A DNA stretch of 35,411 bases from Elusimicrobiota bacterium. Its GTDB lineage: Bacteria; Elusimicrobiota; Elusimicrobia; UBA1565. The position numbers were made by a program, and so were the translations under genes. The notes under the pieces are model-generated. The model saw only the letters and a program-made list of their open reading frames with translations, searched no databases and was not told where the DNA came from. Location: positions 1 through 35,411 of the forward strand of contig JBDREN010000080.1 in NCBI GenBank assembly GCA_043819795.1. The letters run 5' to 3'. Shown here piece after piece: positions 8,923-18,049 of the stretch (within the stretch, counting starts at the first letter, position 1; the number at the start of each line of letters is the position of its first letter).

Positions 8923-10554
8923 ATGTCGAGCAGTTTACTGCAGAAGAAGAACTGGCAGAAGGCCTTTGCCCATCTGAAGATTCTGTCGAATCCATCCGAT
9001 TCCGAGTTGAGAACTATGGCGCGCCCCGATGAGCAGACCATGGAATCCGGAGCCCCTGCCTATTACACCAGGATGGCGACGGTCTGCGACGAGGGGAATA
9101 CGGTCGTCGCCGCTGAAGAAGGCGTCACTCTCGGCCGGTTTCAGACGCTGATCGATCCTCGTTTGGCCCGGGCAATAGTAGAACACGTCAAGTCTCGGAT
9201 GCCGGGCTTCGAGTGGCTCAGCCTGGACAGGATGCTTGGCGACAATCCCGACGCCACGTTCCGCTGTCGCCTACTGATTCCCAAAGGGAATGCCAGCATC
9301 GCATGCATTTGGTCGAGGACGCTGTTCCCGGCGCCAAATCCTGCCTGGAATTCGGCGGCGGACCCCGATTTCCTGACGATTTGTCTTCCCGAGTGGCCGG
9401 GTATCGAAGGCAATCAGGCGAATCGCCTCCCCCGGCAGTTGGCCCTTACGTATCCGGAGACCGGCGTCACTTTCGTGCTCGGATTCGACGCCGCAGATGC
9501 GGTCAGGATGTCATTCATCAGGCAGGCCCTGCACCGGGCAAAGTGTATGGGCGGGCTCGGCCTGTGCGCGGGCTCCAAACTCCTGCGTTTCATGCAGGGA
9601 GACGGCACCCGCGACTGCGGCATTCTCTTGTTCGGCGGGCCCAGCGCGATGAAATCCATGCTCCTCATGGACGGCCATAGGTTGGCCGGACCGGAGTGCG
9701 CGTCCGTTTTCCAGAAGGACTTCGTGATCCTGAGCCCTCGGGGACGGTGTTTCGGCACAGAAAACGATTTCTTCGTCCCGACATGCGGCATAACCCTCGA
9801 TGACCAACCCGCCCTCTACAACGCCCTCATGAGCCCCGAAGCGATCTTTGAGAATGTGGCCCGGTCCAAGGGAGGCCGGCCGCCGTTCGATCAACCCGGA
9901 AACCCGGGCCGCGCGGTCATGCCTCGATCGCGCATCGCCCACACCGCCGAAACCGTGGACATGGGACGTGTCGACAAGATCGTCTTCCTCACCCGCGGCC
10001 GAGCCATCACACCGCCGCTCACAAGGCCGTTGTCCGCCGAGCAAGCAGCTGCGTTCTTCATGCTCGGCGAAAATGCGGGCGAAACGACAAATGATCCTTC
10101 TCGCGTTCCTGCTATTGAGCGCATGGTGGGTTTCAATCCCGCCATTATCGGCCTGGAGGATGCGGAGGGGAACAGATTTTTGGACCTGATGAAAGCCCAT
10201 CCGAGCATAGAAACCTATATCTTCAACGTCGGGACTGTCGGGCACGGGGCGGACGCGCCCGGAAGGGACCCGAACGGAATCCGCATCACCTCCGATATCG
10301 CCTGCAGGATGCTGGAGTTTATCGCCCGCCAAGAGGCAGGCAGTCAGGAGGGATGGGTGCAGGACCGGAATCTGAATCCAGTCCCCAAGAACATCCCCGC
10401 TATCCGCATCTGGGATGAGCTTAGACCGGAGAAGCACTACAAACCCTCGACGCTTCGCGCGCTGACTCTGGAACTGCGCACGAAACGCGCACGCTGGATC
10501 GAACAGTTTCACGACTTGAATCCCGCCATCGTGCAATCGGTCCCGGGATTTTGA
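8923..10554 (+). CDS. ATP-type phosphoenolpyruvate carboxykinase homolog with degenerate active site
   Basis: Scaffold motifs GLGL(C)AGSK, GTENDFF, IFENV, GRAV, EQAAAFFMLGE and EGNRF are present, with a GGAGG RBS. The catalytic motifs are altered. Confidence 0.8.
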   Translation: MSSSLLQKKNWQKAFAHLKILSNPSDSELRTMARPDEQTMESGAPAYYTRMATVCDEGNTVVAAEEGVTLGRFQTLIDPRLARAIVEHVKSRMPGFEWLSLDRMLGDNPDATFRCRLLIPKGNASIACIWSRTLFPAPNPAWNSAADPDFLTICLPEWPGIEGNQANRLPRQLALTYPETGVTFVLGFDAADAVRMSFIRQALHRAKCMGGLGLCAGSKLLRFMQGDGTRDCGILLFGGPSAMKSMLLMDGHRLAGPECASVFQKDFVILSPRGRCFGTENDFFVPTCGITLDDQPALYNALMSPEAIFENVARSKGGRPPFDQPGNPGRAVMPRSRIAHTAETVDMGRVDKIVFLTRGRAITPPLTRPLSAEQAAAFFMLGENAGETTNDPSRVPAIERMVGFNPAIIGLEDAEGNRFLDLMKAHPSIETYIFNVGTVGHGADAPGRDPNGIRITSDIACRMLEFIARQEAGSQEGWVQDRNLNPVPKNIPAIRIWDELRPEKHYKPSTLRALTLELRTKRARWIEQFHDLNPAIVQSVPGF

Positions 10555-10800
10555 TCCTTAGCGGAGGTCTTCAGTGGCGATTTCGAGAGATCGGGTCCAC
10601 AAACTCCCGGGGGTCATAGAAGGCTCTCTTCGATTCCTTGAAAGAGTGGCAGGCATACATGGGCGGCCCGGGCGGGAGGCCTTCACAAAGGGGGAGATGA
10701 AGCGGCTCTCATCAACCATACACAAGGCCTTCGCTCCGGAAGCGGGCGCCTAGGCCGCTAGACGATAGAGAAACGGATGCGAGAAGCACAGGAGACGTCA

Positions 10801-11092
10801 ATGGTCAAGGAAACGATCTGGCAACCGGAGATCCTGGGGGCCGGGGATCGCGGATGTGCAACGGCTCAGCGCCCGGCTCTTCGGGATTCGTGTCGAGCGC
10901 GCTCTTGTCCTCAAACTCAAGGAGCCTGGAGGCCTCCATCATTCCGACCCATCGGACAACCTCTTTTGCATCGAGATGAACGGCGCGGGAAGCTCGCCGC
11001 AACAGGCGCTGATGCGCTTCAAGGAAATCGTCGAGAAATCGGGGTTGGGCACGCTTTTTCAGACGCGGGAAAGACCATGGCCCCCGGCATGA
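10801..11092 (+). pseudogene. Small hypothetical gene, probable frameshift in a G-run
   Basis: GGAG RBS + ATG 10801 (MVKETIWQPEILG). Removing one G from GGGGG (~10836-10840) joins it to the 10856-11092 frame, whose stop overlaps the next ATG. Confidence 0.35.
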
Positions 11093-11379
11093 GCAATCAG
11101 ACGGTGCATCGACAGGCTCCCAGGATCGGGATCACCCGCATCTTGGCGGCATGCGAAGAACGTCTTCGGTCCCGCCCCGAGGACGTCAGAGCATGCATCG
11201 AGATCGGGAGAGCCCTCTGGGAGATGGGACAGCGGGCAAGGGCCTTGAGTTGCTGGAAGAGGTCGTTGGCGCACCATCCCGGACATCCCGAGTTGCGCGG
11301 TCTCATCCAGCGCTGTTCTCCTGGATTGAACGCCGCTCGGACGACGACCTCGCATAAAATGAGCGCACGAACCGCATGA
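11089..11379 (+). CDS. Small TPR protein
   Basis: PEDVRACIEIGRALWEMGQRARALSCWKRSLAHHPGHPE fits a TPR pattern. ATGA overlaps at both ends. Confidence 0.6.
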   Translation: MSNQTVHRQAPRIGITRILAACEERLRSRPEDVRACIEIGRALWEMGQRARALSCWKRSLAHHPGHPELRGLIQRCSPGLNAARTTTSHKMSARTA

Positions 11380-11558
11380 AGCCCTCGAAGAGCATCATCG
11401 TTACGAAGGGCGAGGCGCTTCAACTCTTCGGCATCAAGCCCGGCACCCTGGACCTGCTCGAGCAGGAAGCAGGAGTGGCATACAAACGGAAGCGGATTGG
11501 ATACACCAGCGCGGAGCTTGGGCGTCTCCATGCGGCGCTGGACCGCATCATGGAGTAG
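11376..11558 (+). CDS. Small MerR-like/excisionase-like HTH protein
   Basis: VTKGEALQLFGIKPGTL..KRIGYTSAELGRL fits a MerR-type wHTH pattern. ATGA coupling to the upstream gene. Confidence 0.55.
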   Translation: MKPSKSIIVTKGEALQLFGIKPGTLDLLEQEAGVAYKRKRIGYTSAELGRLHAALDRIME

Positions 11559-11775
11559 CTCAGATTCAAGGAGCCCACGAATAGACACCCGAACGGTGCC
11601 GTATTCAGGCCCGACATTTGACGCGCGGATCGATGCGGCCGAAGTCGAGAGAATATGCAAGGGGACTATGACTCACCAAGCCGGACTTCGACGGGCTCAA
11701 TAGCACGGGTGCCGAAGGATCGCCTGTCATCTCGTCAAACAGCTCGCCGGATGTCCGACAACATGAGGGCCAAGC

Positions 11776-12237
11776 ATGAATACTGCTGAGGATATGTTGC
11801 GCGAGAAGGGCGGAGGCGTCATCTCAATGCCGCAGGATGCGATGATCCTAGAGGCTCTGCGTGTGATGGTAGACAATAAAATCAGCGCCATTGCCGTCAA
11901 AAACGCAGAGCGGATTGTCGGCATCTGGACCGGACGCGACCTCATGCGCGATACACTGACCTCCGGCTTCGACCCGAGCAGCACGCGCCTGGGCGATAAA
12001 ATGGACACGCGGCCCAGATCTTATCCTCATACGCATAATATCTACGCGCTCATGGATATCTTCCTGGGTCGACGCCTGCGGCATCTCTTGATCGAGAAGG
12101 ATGGGAAGTGCCTCGGCCTCCTCTCCGTAGGCGATGTGATGCGGGCCTGCCTCCAGGAAAAGGCCGAGCAACTCAAAGAACTCCACGCCATGGCCAGCTG
12201 GGAGTACCATGAAGAATGGAAATGGGGACGCCGGTAG
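11776..12237 (+). CDS. CBS-pair domain protein
   Basis: ILEALRVMVDNKISAIAV..IVGIWTGRDL and RLRHLLIEKDGKCLGLLSVGDV. Confidence 0.92.
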   Translation: MNTAEDMLREKGGGVISMPQDAMILEALRVMVDNKISAIAVKNAERIVGIWTGRDLMRDTLTSGFDPSSTRLGDKMDTRPRSYPHTHNIYALMDIFLGRRLRHLLIEKDGKCLGLLSVGDVMRACLQEKAEQLKELHAMASWEYHEEWKWGRR

Positions 12238-12486
12238 CGGCTAGAGCCGCGGACGAAAAGCGCGCGTCTTTCGCGATCAGCAAGCACATCGACCGCGCCA
12301 GCTCTGCAGGCCGGGCGGGGAATCCCGAGGCTAAGGACCGCATGGCAGGCTCTCGGACCTTATGGCTAAGGGATTCCCCATGAGTTTATTCGGACTCAAA
12401 GAGCGGCTTTGTGCGGTGCCGGATCGCATCATGGAGAAGGCTTTTTGATGCCAAGTCGGACGCAGCCGATCATGCGAGGACGGAAT

Positions 12487-13134
12487 ATGGCCAAATCACA
12501 TGGCAAGAAATGCCCCAGCTGCGCCGCTCAGCTGGTCGCCGTCCGCTGGACATGGGCCGGGATGCGGTTTGTCTGCGGTGCCTGCGGGACCACCGCAAGA
12601 TCCGACTTTCCCAGTGGATCCGCCGCCACTGCGACAAAACCGTCTTCGGCATCTAACGCGGAGGAAGCTCGAATGAAGACACGACTTCTATGGGACATCC
12701 CGGCAAGCGCGATCGTGCTGCCTCTGCAATCGAAGAATATGTTCGATGCGATGGACGAACTGGTACCCCGAGCGCTGCACGACTCCGGAAAGATCTTCCA
12801 AAACTGCGATCACATCGCCAAGACGATCAGAGAAGCCCTTCAGTCAGGTTTCGCCGAACACTTCGATCGCGTGGCGATCATCAAACAAAGCGTGGCGGGT
12901 CTCAAGGAGACGCGCCTCGCCATCGGGATCGCGCCGGATGGCATAGCGTCCACGCGACAGTCGCAGATCCCGCCGTTTGTGCTCCTCTTGTGTCTCCTCG
13001 CGGAGGATTCACTGAGCCACCACATCTCGTCTTATGAGCGGAGAAAGTTCTGCGACGAAAGGACGGTCTACAAGCTGCGAACCGCGCTGGATGCGAAGTC
13101 CGTCCTCCGAGCGTTGAAGGAGGGGCCTGCCTAA
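12487..13134 (+). CDS. Zn-ribbon fused to PTS EIIA(Ntr/Fru)-like domain lacking the phospho-His
   Basis: GAGGA RBS. CPSC..CGAC at the N-terminus, then IVLPLQSKNMFDAMDELV..RVAIIKQSV..LAIGIAPDGI..VLLLCLLA. Confidence 0.6.
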   Translation: MAKSHGKKCPSCAAQLVAVRWTWAGMRFVCGACGTTARSDFPSGSAATATKPSSASNAEEARMKTRLLWDIPASAIVLPLQSKNMFDAMDELVPRALHDSGKIFQNCDHIAKTIREALQSGFAEHFDRVAIIKQSVAGLKETRLAIGIAPDGIASTRQSQIPPFVLLLCLLAEDSLSHHISSYERRKFCDERTVYKLRTALDAKSVLRALKEGPA

Positions 13135-13212
13135 AAACACAGCCTGCGTTGAAGATGTGCCGCATGTCTCAAAGGCGCTGGATAATCGAAGCGCCACACA
13201 AGAGGGACCAGA

Positions 13213-13452
13213 ATGCTAACAGAGTACATATGTGTCGTGAATGGTGGCCACAGATATTCCTGCGGGGAGCCGGAGACCCTGCCCCCGCAGTGTTGCAGCA
13301 AGCCAATGATACTTGCGCGGTCTGCGCGACAGCCGGCGGTTGCTGCTCAGCCGGTAGGCGCAGCAGTGGGCGAACCAAAGGGCGCGTCGGTCCGTACTTT
13401 CCCCACCCGGCAGCAATCCCGGAATGGCGGGAGGGACGAAGCGGGGGGATAA
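13213..13452 (+). CDS. Desulforedoxin-like metal-binding mini-protein 1
   Basis: YICVVNGGH..CCSKPM with a GAGGG RBS. Paralog of the next ORF. Confidence 0.6.
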   Translation: MLTEYICVVNGGHRYSCGEPETLPPQCCSKPMILARSARQPAVAAQPVGAAVGEPKGASVRTFPTRQQSRNGGRDEAGG

Positions 13453-13521
13453 CGGCACCCGTACTCAAGATGGTACCGGCTCCATCATCTTCGGACCCGG
13501 GATTGAACAAGGGGGACCCAA

Positions 13522-13716
13522 ATGCCGCAGTATGTCTGTGTCGTGAACAAAAACCACACGCAATATTTCGCGCTGCCGGTGCCTGAACCGATGAGATGTT
13601 GCGGCAAGCCGATGATCGAGCAAGGCGTTCAGCAAGCCGTCGCCTCCCGGCCGTCGGTTCTTGCCCCCGCCGGACCACTGAGGGATGCGAAGAAATGGTG
13701 GCGGGTCTGGAAATGA
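13522..13716 (+). CDS. Desulforedoxin-like metal-binding mini-protein 2
   Basis: YVCVVNKNH..CCGKPM with an AAGGGGG RBS. Confidence 0.65.
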   Translation: MPQYVCVVNKNHTQYFALPVPEPMRCCGKPMIEQGVQQAVASRPSVLAPAGPLRDAKKWWRVWK

Positions 13717-13867
13717 GTCCGATCCGCCCCGGGAAATGGACGAGTCTCGCCGCGGTCGGGGCTTCTTGGAGCATCCGTGCTGATTGAGGCCGGTTGCATA
13801 TGGAGAAGGCATTCAGCATGGGAATGATTTTCTAGAATCTCGCGTTCTCCGCCGATGTGGCGGGCGA

Positions 13868-14106
13868 GGATGCCGGCGACGATGATTGCATCCCCCCGCG
13901 GCGAACAGGCAAGACCACTCCAGCCTTTGATGGGGGATGTTACGTAAAATCGGATATGCTACAATCATCCAGAACCACAAGGTTCCTGGGCGGGCGCGAG
14001 GCGCCGCCGGCGGGGTTCTCGACGGAGAGGTTCTGAGCGGACCGGTTTTGGAGGTTCGAAGCTCATAACCTTGAGATCGCGGGTTCAAATCCCGCCCCCG
14101 CACCCA
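13868..14106 (+). repeat. att-like element copy 3 (arm + tRNA-fMet 3' half at 14061-14106)
   Basis: Colinear with copies 2 and 4. T-arm GCGGG/CCCGC; ends CCCCGCACCCA. Confidence 0.92.
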
Positions 14107-14110
14107 TCTC

Positions 14111-14148
14111 AGCGAAGAAGCCCGCGCCTTAGCGCGGGCTTCTTCGCT
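14111..14148 (+). terminator. 17-bp perfect hairpin after the tRNA fragment
   Basis: AGCGAAGAAGCCCGCGC-CTTA-GCGCGGGCTTCTTCGCT. The U-tract is weak. Confidence 0.7.
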
Positions 14149-14292
14149 CATACCGCAACTTTGTTTATTGAAGCGTCGAGTCTGTTGACTAACTGGAGGC
14201 CACATCGGGAATTACTCAACAAACTCAACTTCTGACGCCGTTAGCAATGCCCCAGGCAGGCAGGGACTTCCGCGGCCGAACTTGTACAGCCG

Positions 14293-15177
14293 CTATTTAT
14301 GCAGCGAGACCTCGAGGGTCGAGCACGCGATCTGGACTTTCCCTTCCGTCGCCGCGACTCGCGCCAATATCGATGAAAAGATGGCGCTCCGGGAGGACCT
14401 CCGCTTCTTGACATCCACCACGTACCGCACCGTACAGATGATCCAATTCTCATCGAACATCATGGAGACGGACGGCGCGACAGGCTCCTCTTCGATGCGA
14501 TACTTCTTGAGGGCATCCTTCCACACCCCCTTTGCACCTGCCGTATACTCGCCCACGACATCGGCCGCCGCGGCCAACATCAACGCCGACACCTCCTGCA
14601 AGTCGCTGCCATGACGGAAGGGCGCCTTCAACTCGTCCCACAAGAATGGGAAATCCGCCGTGTAGTTGAAAACGGGTTCCTTGAACACGGCACTGTTGGC
14701 CACCCGCACCAGCCTGCCGCTGTACAGATCTCCAGCCACCCAGCCGCCGCACTCCATGATGGTCGTCCGGAAGGTCGAGATATCTATGACATCTCCCACG
14801 ATCCCCCCCAGTTGGATGCGGTCCCCCGGCCGATAGTACCCCCCCATCGAGATAGCGACCCAGCCCGCCACGCTGGCGATGACCTCCTGGAGAGCGAAGG
14901 CGATGCCGGCGCCGGCCACGCCGAAAGCCAGCGAAAGGGAGCGCAGCCTATCGCTGAATACGAACGCCAGAAAAGCCGCCGCCAATACCCAGCTGCCGAT
15001 CCCCAACAGCTTTCGCCACCGATAGATCGCCGCATTATCACTGAGCCGGTCTCCTACCCGTCGGGCGACCCATCCGCTGATGGCGAAGATGACGACGATG
15101 CCGCAGCCTGCCAGGACAATCTTCCCGATGACCGGGTCATGCAGGATCCGCCTCAGAACCGTTTCAAAACCATCCAT
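14293..15177 (-). CDS. MscS-family mechanosensitive channel
   Basis: GVAGAGIAFALQEVI..YRPGDRIQLGGIVGDVIDI..RTT..VANS..VFNY. Confidence 0.92.
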   Translation of the reverse strand: MDGFETVLRRILHDPVIGKIVLAGCGIVVIFAISGWVARRVGDRLSDNAAIYRWRKLLGIGSWVLAAAFLAFVFSDRLRSLSLAFGVAGAGIAFALQEVIASVAGWVAISMGGYYRPGDRIQLGGIVGDVIDISTFRTTIMECGGWVAGDLYSGRLVRVANSAVFKEPVFNYTADFPFLWDELKAPFRHGSDLQEVSALMLAAAADVVGEYTAGAKGVWKDALKKYRIEEEPVAPSVSMMFDENWIICTVRYVVDVKKRRSSRSAIFSSILARVAATEGKVQIACSTLEVSLHK

Positions 15178-15592
15178 AAGCGCTCCATTAGCCGGCGCCG
15201 CTGATCCCGCTCAAAAGAATAAGCGCCTGCGTCCAATCGCGGGCAAGACTGGAAAATGCGGAAGAAGTCCTCGCCCCTGGGAAAGCCATTCTATCACTTT
15301 TGCCGGTCCTCCGCGCCGATCCACAGATCGCGACTATTCGATAGTGTCCCATAATCGCGCACGCGGTCATGAAGCCGGCAAGCAGGGCGCGGCATCTCGG
15401 ACGACACATCGACCAGGAAGGTCGAGAAGCTTCTCCCGGCGCAAGTTCCGGACGCACTTGGATTTACATTCTTGGCCCACCTTCCCTTGCAGGGTTTGGC
15501 GTGCCCTATCCCATCCGGAAGCCAAGCTCATGCACGACTTCGGGAGACTATCGACTATTCCTTCTGCCCGCTTCTATGCTAGGCTCCGATCG

Positions 15593-18049
15593 ATGGCATC
15601 TGCAGACAGGATTGCATCGTATTGGCACGGGGTTATCAGGTGGATCAATGAGCCCGTGGCCGCATTGGGCGACTTCACCTACGGCACCAAGCTCATTGGG
15701 GTAGGCGTCGGAGCACTCATCCTGTTATTTCTCATCAGCCATACGATCCGTATTGTCGCGATCTCAGCCAGGGCCCTCTGGAGCTCTATTCGGCGGTTCT
15801 GGATCACCGCCTTCCCCGCCGAAATCCCCGGCGCCGATACCGACGACCAATCGGAACAGCTCGAGCAGGACATCTCCAAGGTTCTCCGAGAAATCACTCA
15901 AGCGGCATCCTCCGCCTACTCGGAGGCGACGGAAGGCGCGAGATCCGAAGCCCAGCGCTTATCCCTCACGCTCCTTGAGGAATGCCGGCTTTCCGCGGCA
16001 AGAATCCGGAGTTCTTTCCAGAAAGAGAAGCCCTCGATTTTGATCGAGAGCCTGGAGGCCGAAGCCCGCAAGATAGGCCACCTGCTGCTGAACGCCGCCT
16101 CCGAGCATCACCTTGCCGCAGCGAGAGTCCCGCCGGGCCGGGCCGCCATGGAAAGCATGCGATCCATTCTGCAAAGGTTGACGCACGGGTCTCCCACCGG
16201 ATACCGCGTCCGGCAGATAAAGGAACAGCTCAGCTTTGAACCCGGAGACACCCTGCTTGTCACCGCCTTCAAGCTTCAGCGCCGCGTGGCGCTGTTCTTG
16301 ACAGGACTGGTTGGCAAGGCGCGGGCTCAGGGCAGAGTACGCCAAGTGCCGTTCCGTTCCATACTGACAGAAGTCCTGTTAAAAGACCTGATCGAAGAAC
16401 TCGGCCCGCCCGCCAAGACGTTCGACCAGCAGTACGAGAACCTCGCCACCCATATGCAGGAAACAGCCAAGATAGCCAGGTTCAACCTGCACTCGGCGGG
16501 AGCGCTGCTCGAGAACGACGGAGACTCCGATGAACTGGCCCGCAAGGAAGCCCTCCAGCTTGCGCTCGATGGACTCGACCGCACCGGCGCCAGGCTGGAG
16601 AGGCTCCCCAAAGAAGCCGATATCTTCTGCGGCGCGCTCATGGAATCCGTCACCTCCGTTGTGGAAAGAGCCGGCAGGCGAATCAGGAACGACTGCGACG
16701 TTGCCGACACGTTCGGCGAACGGGTGGCTGCCGCGGCAGAATCACTGCTGTCTTCCTGGCGCCTGTTCGAAGAGCGGGGACAACGCAGACTGCGTTCCAC
16801 CCGCACATGGGCAGAAGTGCTGCGGACCCGTTGGAGCAAGTTATTTGTCCGCGTCCAAGAGGGATTGGGGATCATTAAACCCCAGATCGGGCCCTCCCAG
16901 GCGACCCTTGAGGAGGCTACCGTCGAGTTCGCGATCAAGGACACGCCGCCCCTCTACCAGCGGTTGTTCCGATCCGAGCCATTGACCGATGAAGACTTCC
17001 TGACCGGAAGGGAGCCCTTCATGCCGGCCGTCCGGACGATCCGCCAGCGGCTCGATGCGGACCTTTCCGCCGCCATGGCGGTCACCGGACCGGTGGGCAC
17101 GGGAAAGACTAGTTTCCTTCGGTGCGCCCTGCAAAGATATTTCTCGGACAAAGAACCCATTTGGACGCAGCCCGACAGTCACCTAAGGTCCGAGTCCGAC
17201 TTTGTGGATTTCATATCGAAAGCCGTTGAGCTGCCCGGAGGCGATCGGCCGAGAGACGTCCAAACGCTTGCCTCCGCCATCCGCGGCCTGCCCGACAAGC
17301 CGGTGATCATCATCGAAGGCGGGAGCATGCTTCACCTTAGACGAGTCGGCGGATTCGGTGCCATGCGCGCGCTATTCTCCCTCCTTTCAGGCACAGAAGG
17401 CAAGTCCTGCTGGGTCATTACATTCTCCCAGACCGGCTGGGAGTATCTGGACCAGACGTTCGGCATCAACAGACGATTCGACGCGACCATCACCCTTAGG
17501 GGCCTGAGCCGCACGGAACTCGAAGCCGCGATCATGGCCCGGCACGAGGTCAGCGGCTACGATCTGGAGTTTACCGCAGGCCCCGGCCTTTCAACGGACA
17601 TCCGGTGGAAGCTCCGCAAGGTCAAGGACCCCGAAAGACGTCAGACTATACTGCGCGAGGAGTTCTTCGATACGCTGCACGCCACCGACGACCGTAATCT
17701 TCACGCCGCGCTTTACCATTGGCTCCGTTCCACCCGGAGCGTGGGCCGGCGCCAAGTGCGCGTCGCCCCGCTTGCGCCATTTCGCAAAGAGACGCTGGGC
17801 GAACTCACTCTGGGCGAGCTCTTCGGGATGCTTTACGCGCTGGAGCACGACCACCTGACCCCCTCTCTTTACTCTCAAATGCTTCGATCCACCCTGACCG
17901 AAAGCCGGACCCTGCTCGACTACCTGGCCCACAGGCAGATCTTTTCCGTCCGCCGAAAGGAAGGATCGGAGTCCCGATATTCTCCCAATCCCATCCTGCT
18001 CGGGCCGGTTCTGGAGGCGCTGCGAGACAGGAATTTCATCCATGATTAA
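15593..18049 (+). CDS. Membrane-anchored P-loop/AAA-like ATPase with long helical N-terminal region
   Basis: TM helix LIGVGVGALILLFLI, Walker A GPVGTGKTS, Walker-B-like VIIIEG. Start uncertain (15530 or 15593; the ORF is open from 15080). Confidence 0.75.
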   Translation: MASADRIASYWHGVIRWINEPVAALGDFTYGTKLIGVGVGALILLFLISHTIRIVAISARALWSSIRRFWITAFPAEIPGADTDDQSEQLEQDISKVLREITQAASSAYSEATEGARSEAQRLSLTLLEECRLSAARIRSSFQKEKPSILIESLEAEARKIGHLLLNAASEHHLAAARVPPGRAAMESMRSILQRLTHGSPTGYRVRQIKEQLSFEPGDTLLVTAFKLQRRVALFLTGLVGKARAQGRVRQVPFRSILTEVLLKDLIEELGPPAKTFDQQYENLATHMQETAKIARFNLHSAGALLENDGDSDELARKEALQLALDGLDRTGARLERLPKEADIFCGALMESVTSVVERAGRRIRNDCDVADTFGERVAAAAESLLSSWRLFEERGQRRLRSTRTWAEVLRTRWSKLFVRVQEGLGIIKPQIGPSQATLEEATVEFAIKDTPPLYQRLFRSEPLTDEDFLTGREPFMPAVRTIRQRLDADLSAAMAVTGPVGTGKTSFLRCALQRYFSDKEPIWTQPDSHLRSESDFVDFISKAVELPGGDRPRDVQTLASAIRGLPDKPVIIIEGGSMLHLRRVGGFGAMRALFSLLSGTEGKSCWVITFSQTGWEYLDQTFGINRRFDATITLRGLSRTELEAAIMARHEVSGYDLEFTAGPGLSTDIRWKLRKVKDPERRQTILREEFFDTLHATDDRNLHAALYHWLRSTRSVGRRQVRVAPLAPFRKETLGELTLGELFGMLYALEHDHLTPSLYSQMLRSTLTESRTLLDYLAHRQIFSVRRKEGSESRYSPNPILLGPVLEALRDRNFIHD

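Noticed and set aside
12244..12379. c-di-GMP-I riboswitch (GGACGAAAAGC, GGCTAAGG..ATGGCAG)
   Set aside because: The motif pieces are too far apart and the GGCAAA/GNRA first stem is missing.
14009..14106. Upstream GCGGGG pairing with CCCCGC to rebuild a tRNA-like acceptor stem
   Set aside because: It works in copy 3 and with a wobble in copy 2, but gives a G:G mismatch in copy 4 and fails in copy 1. Not consistent enough.
14149..14236. Possible 3' gene remnant (..FIEASSLLTNWRPHRELLNKLNF*)
   Set aside because: Too short, with no start and no recognisable family.
15080..15592. N-terminal extension of the ATPase ORF (likewise extensions at 22096-22275, 33120-33377 and 27188-27415)
   Set aside because: They overlap neighbouring genes or look non-coding, and better downstream starts exist.
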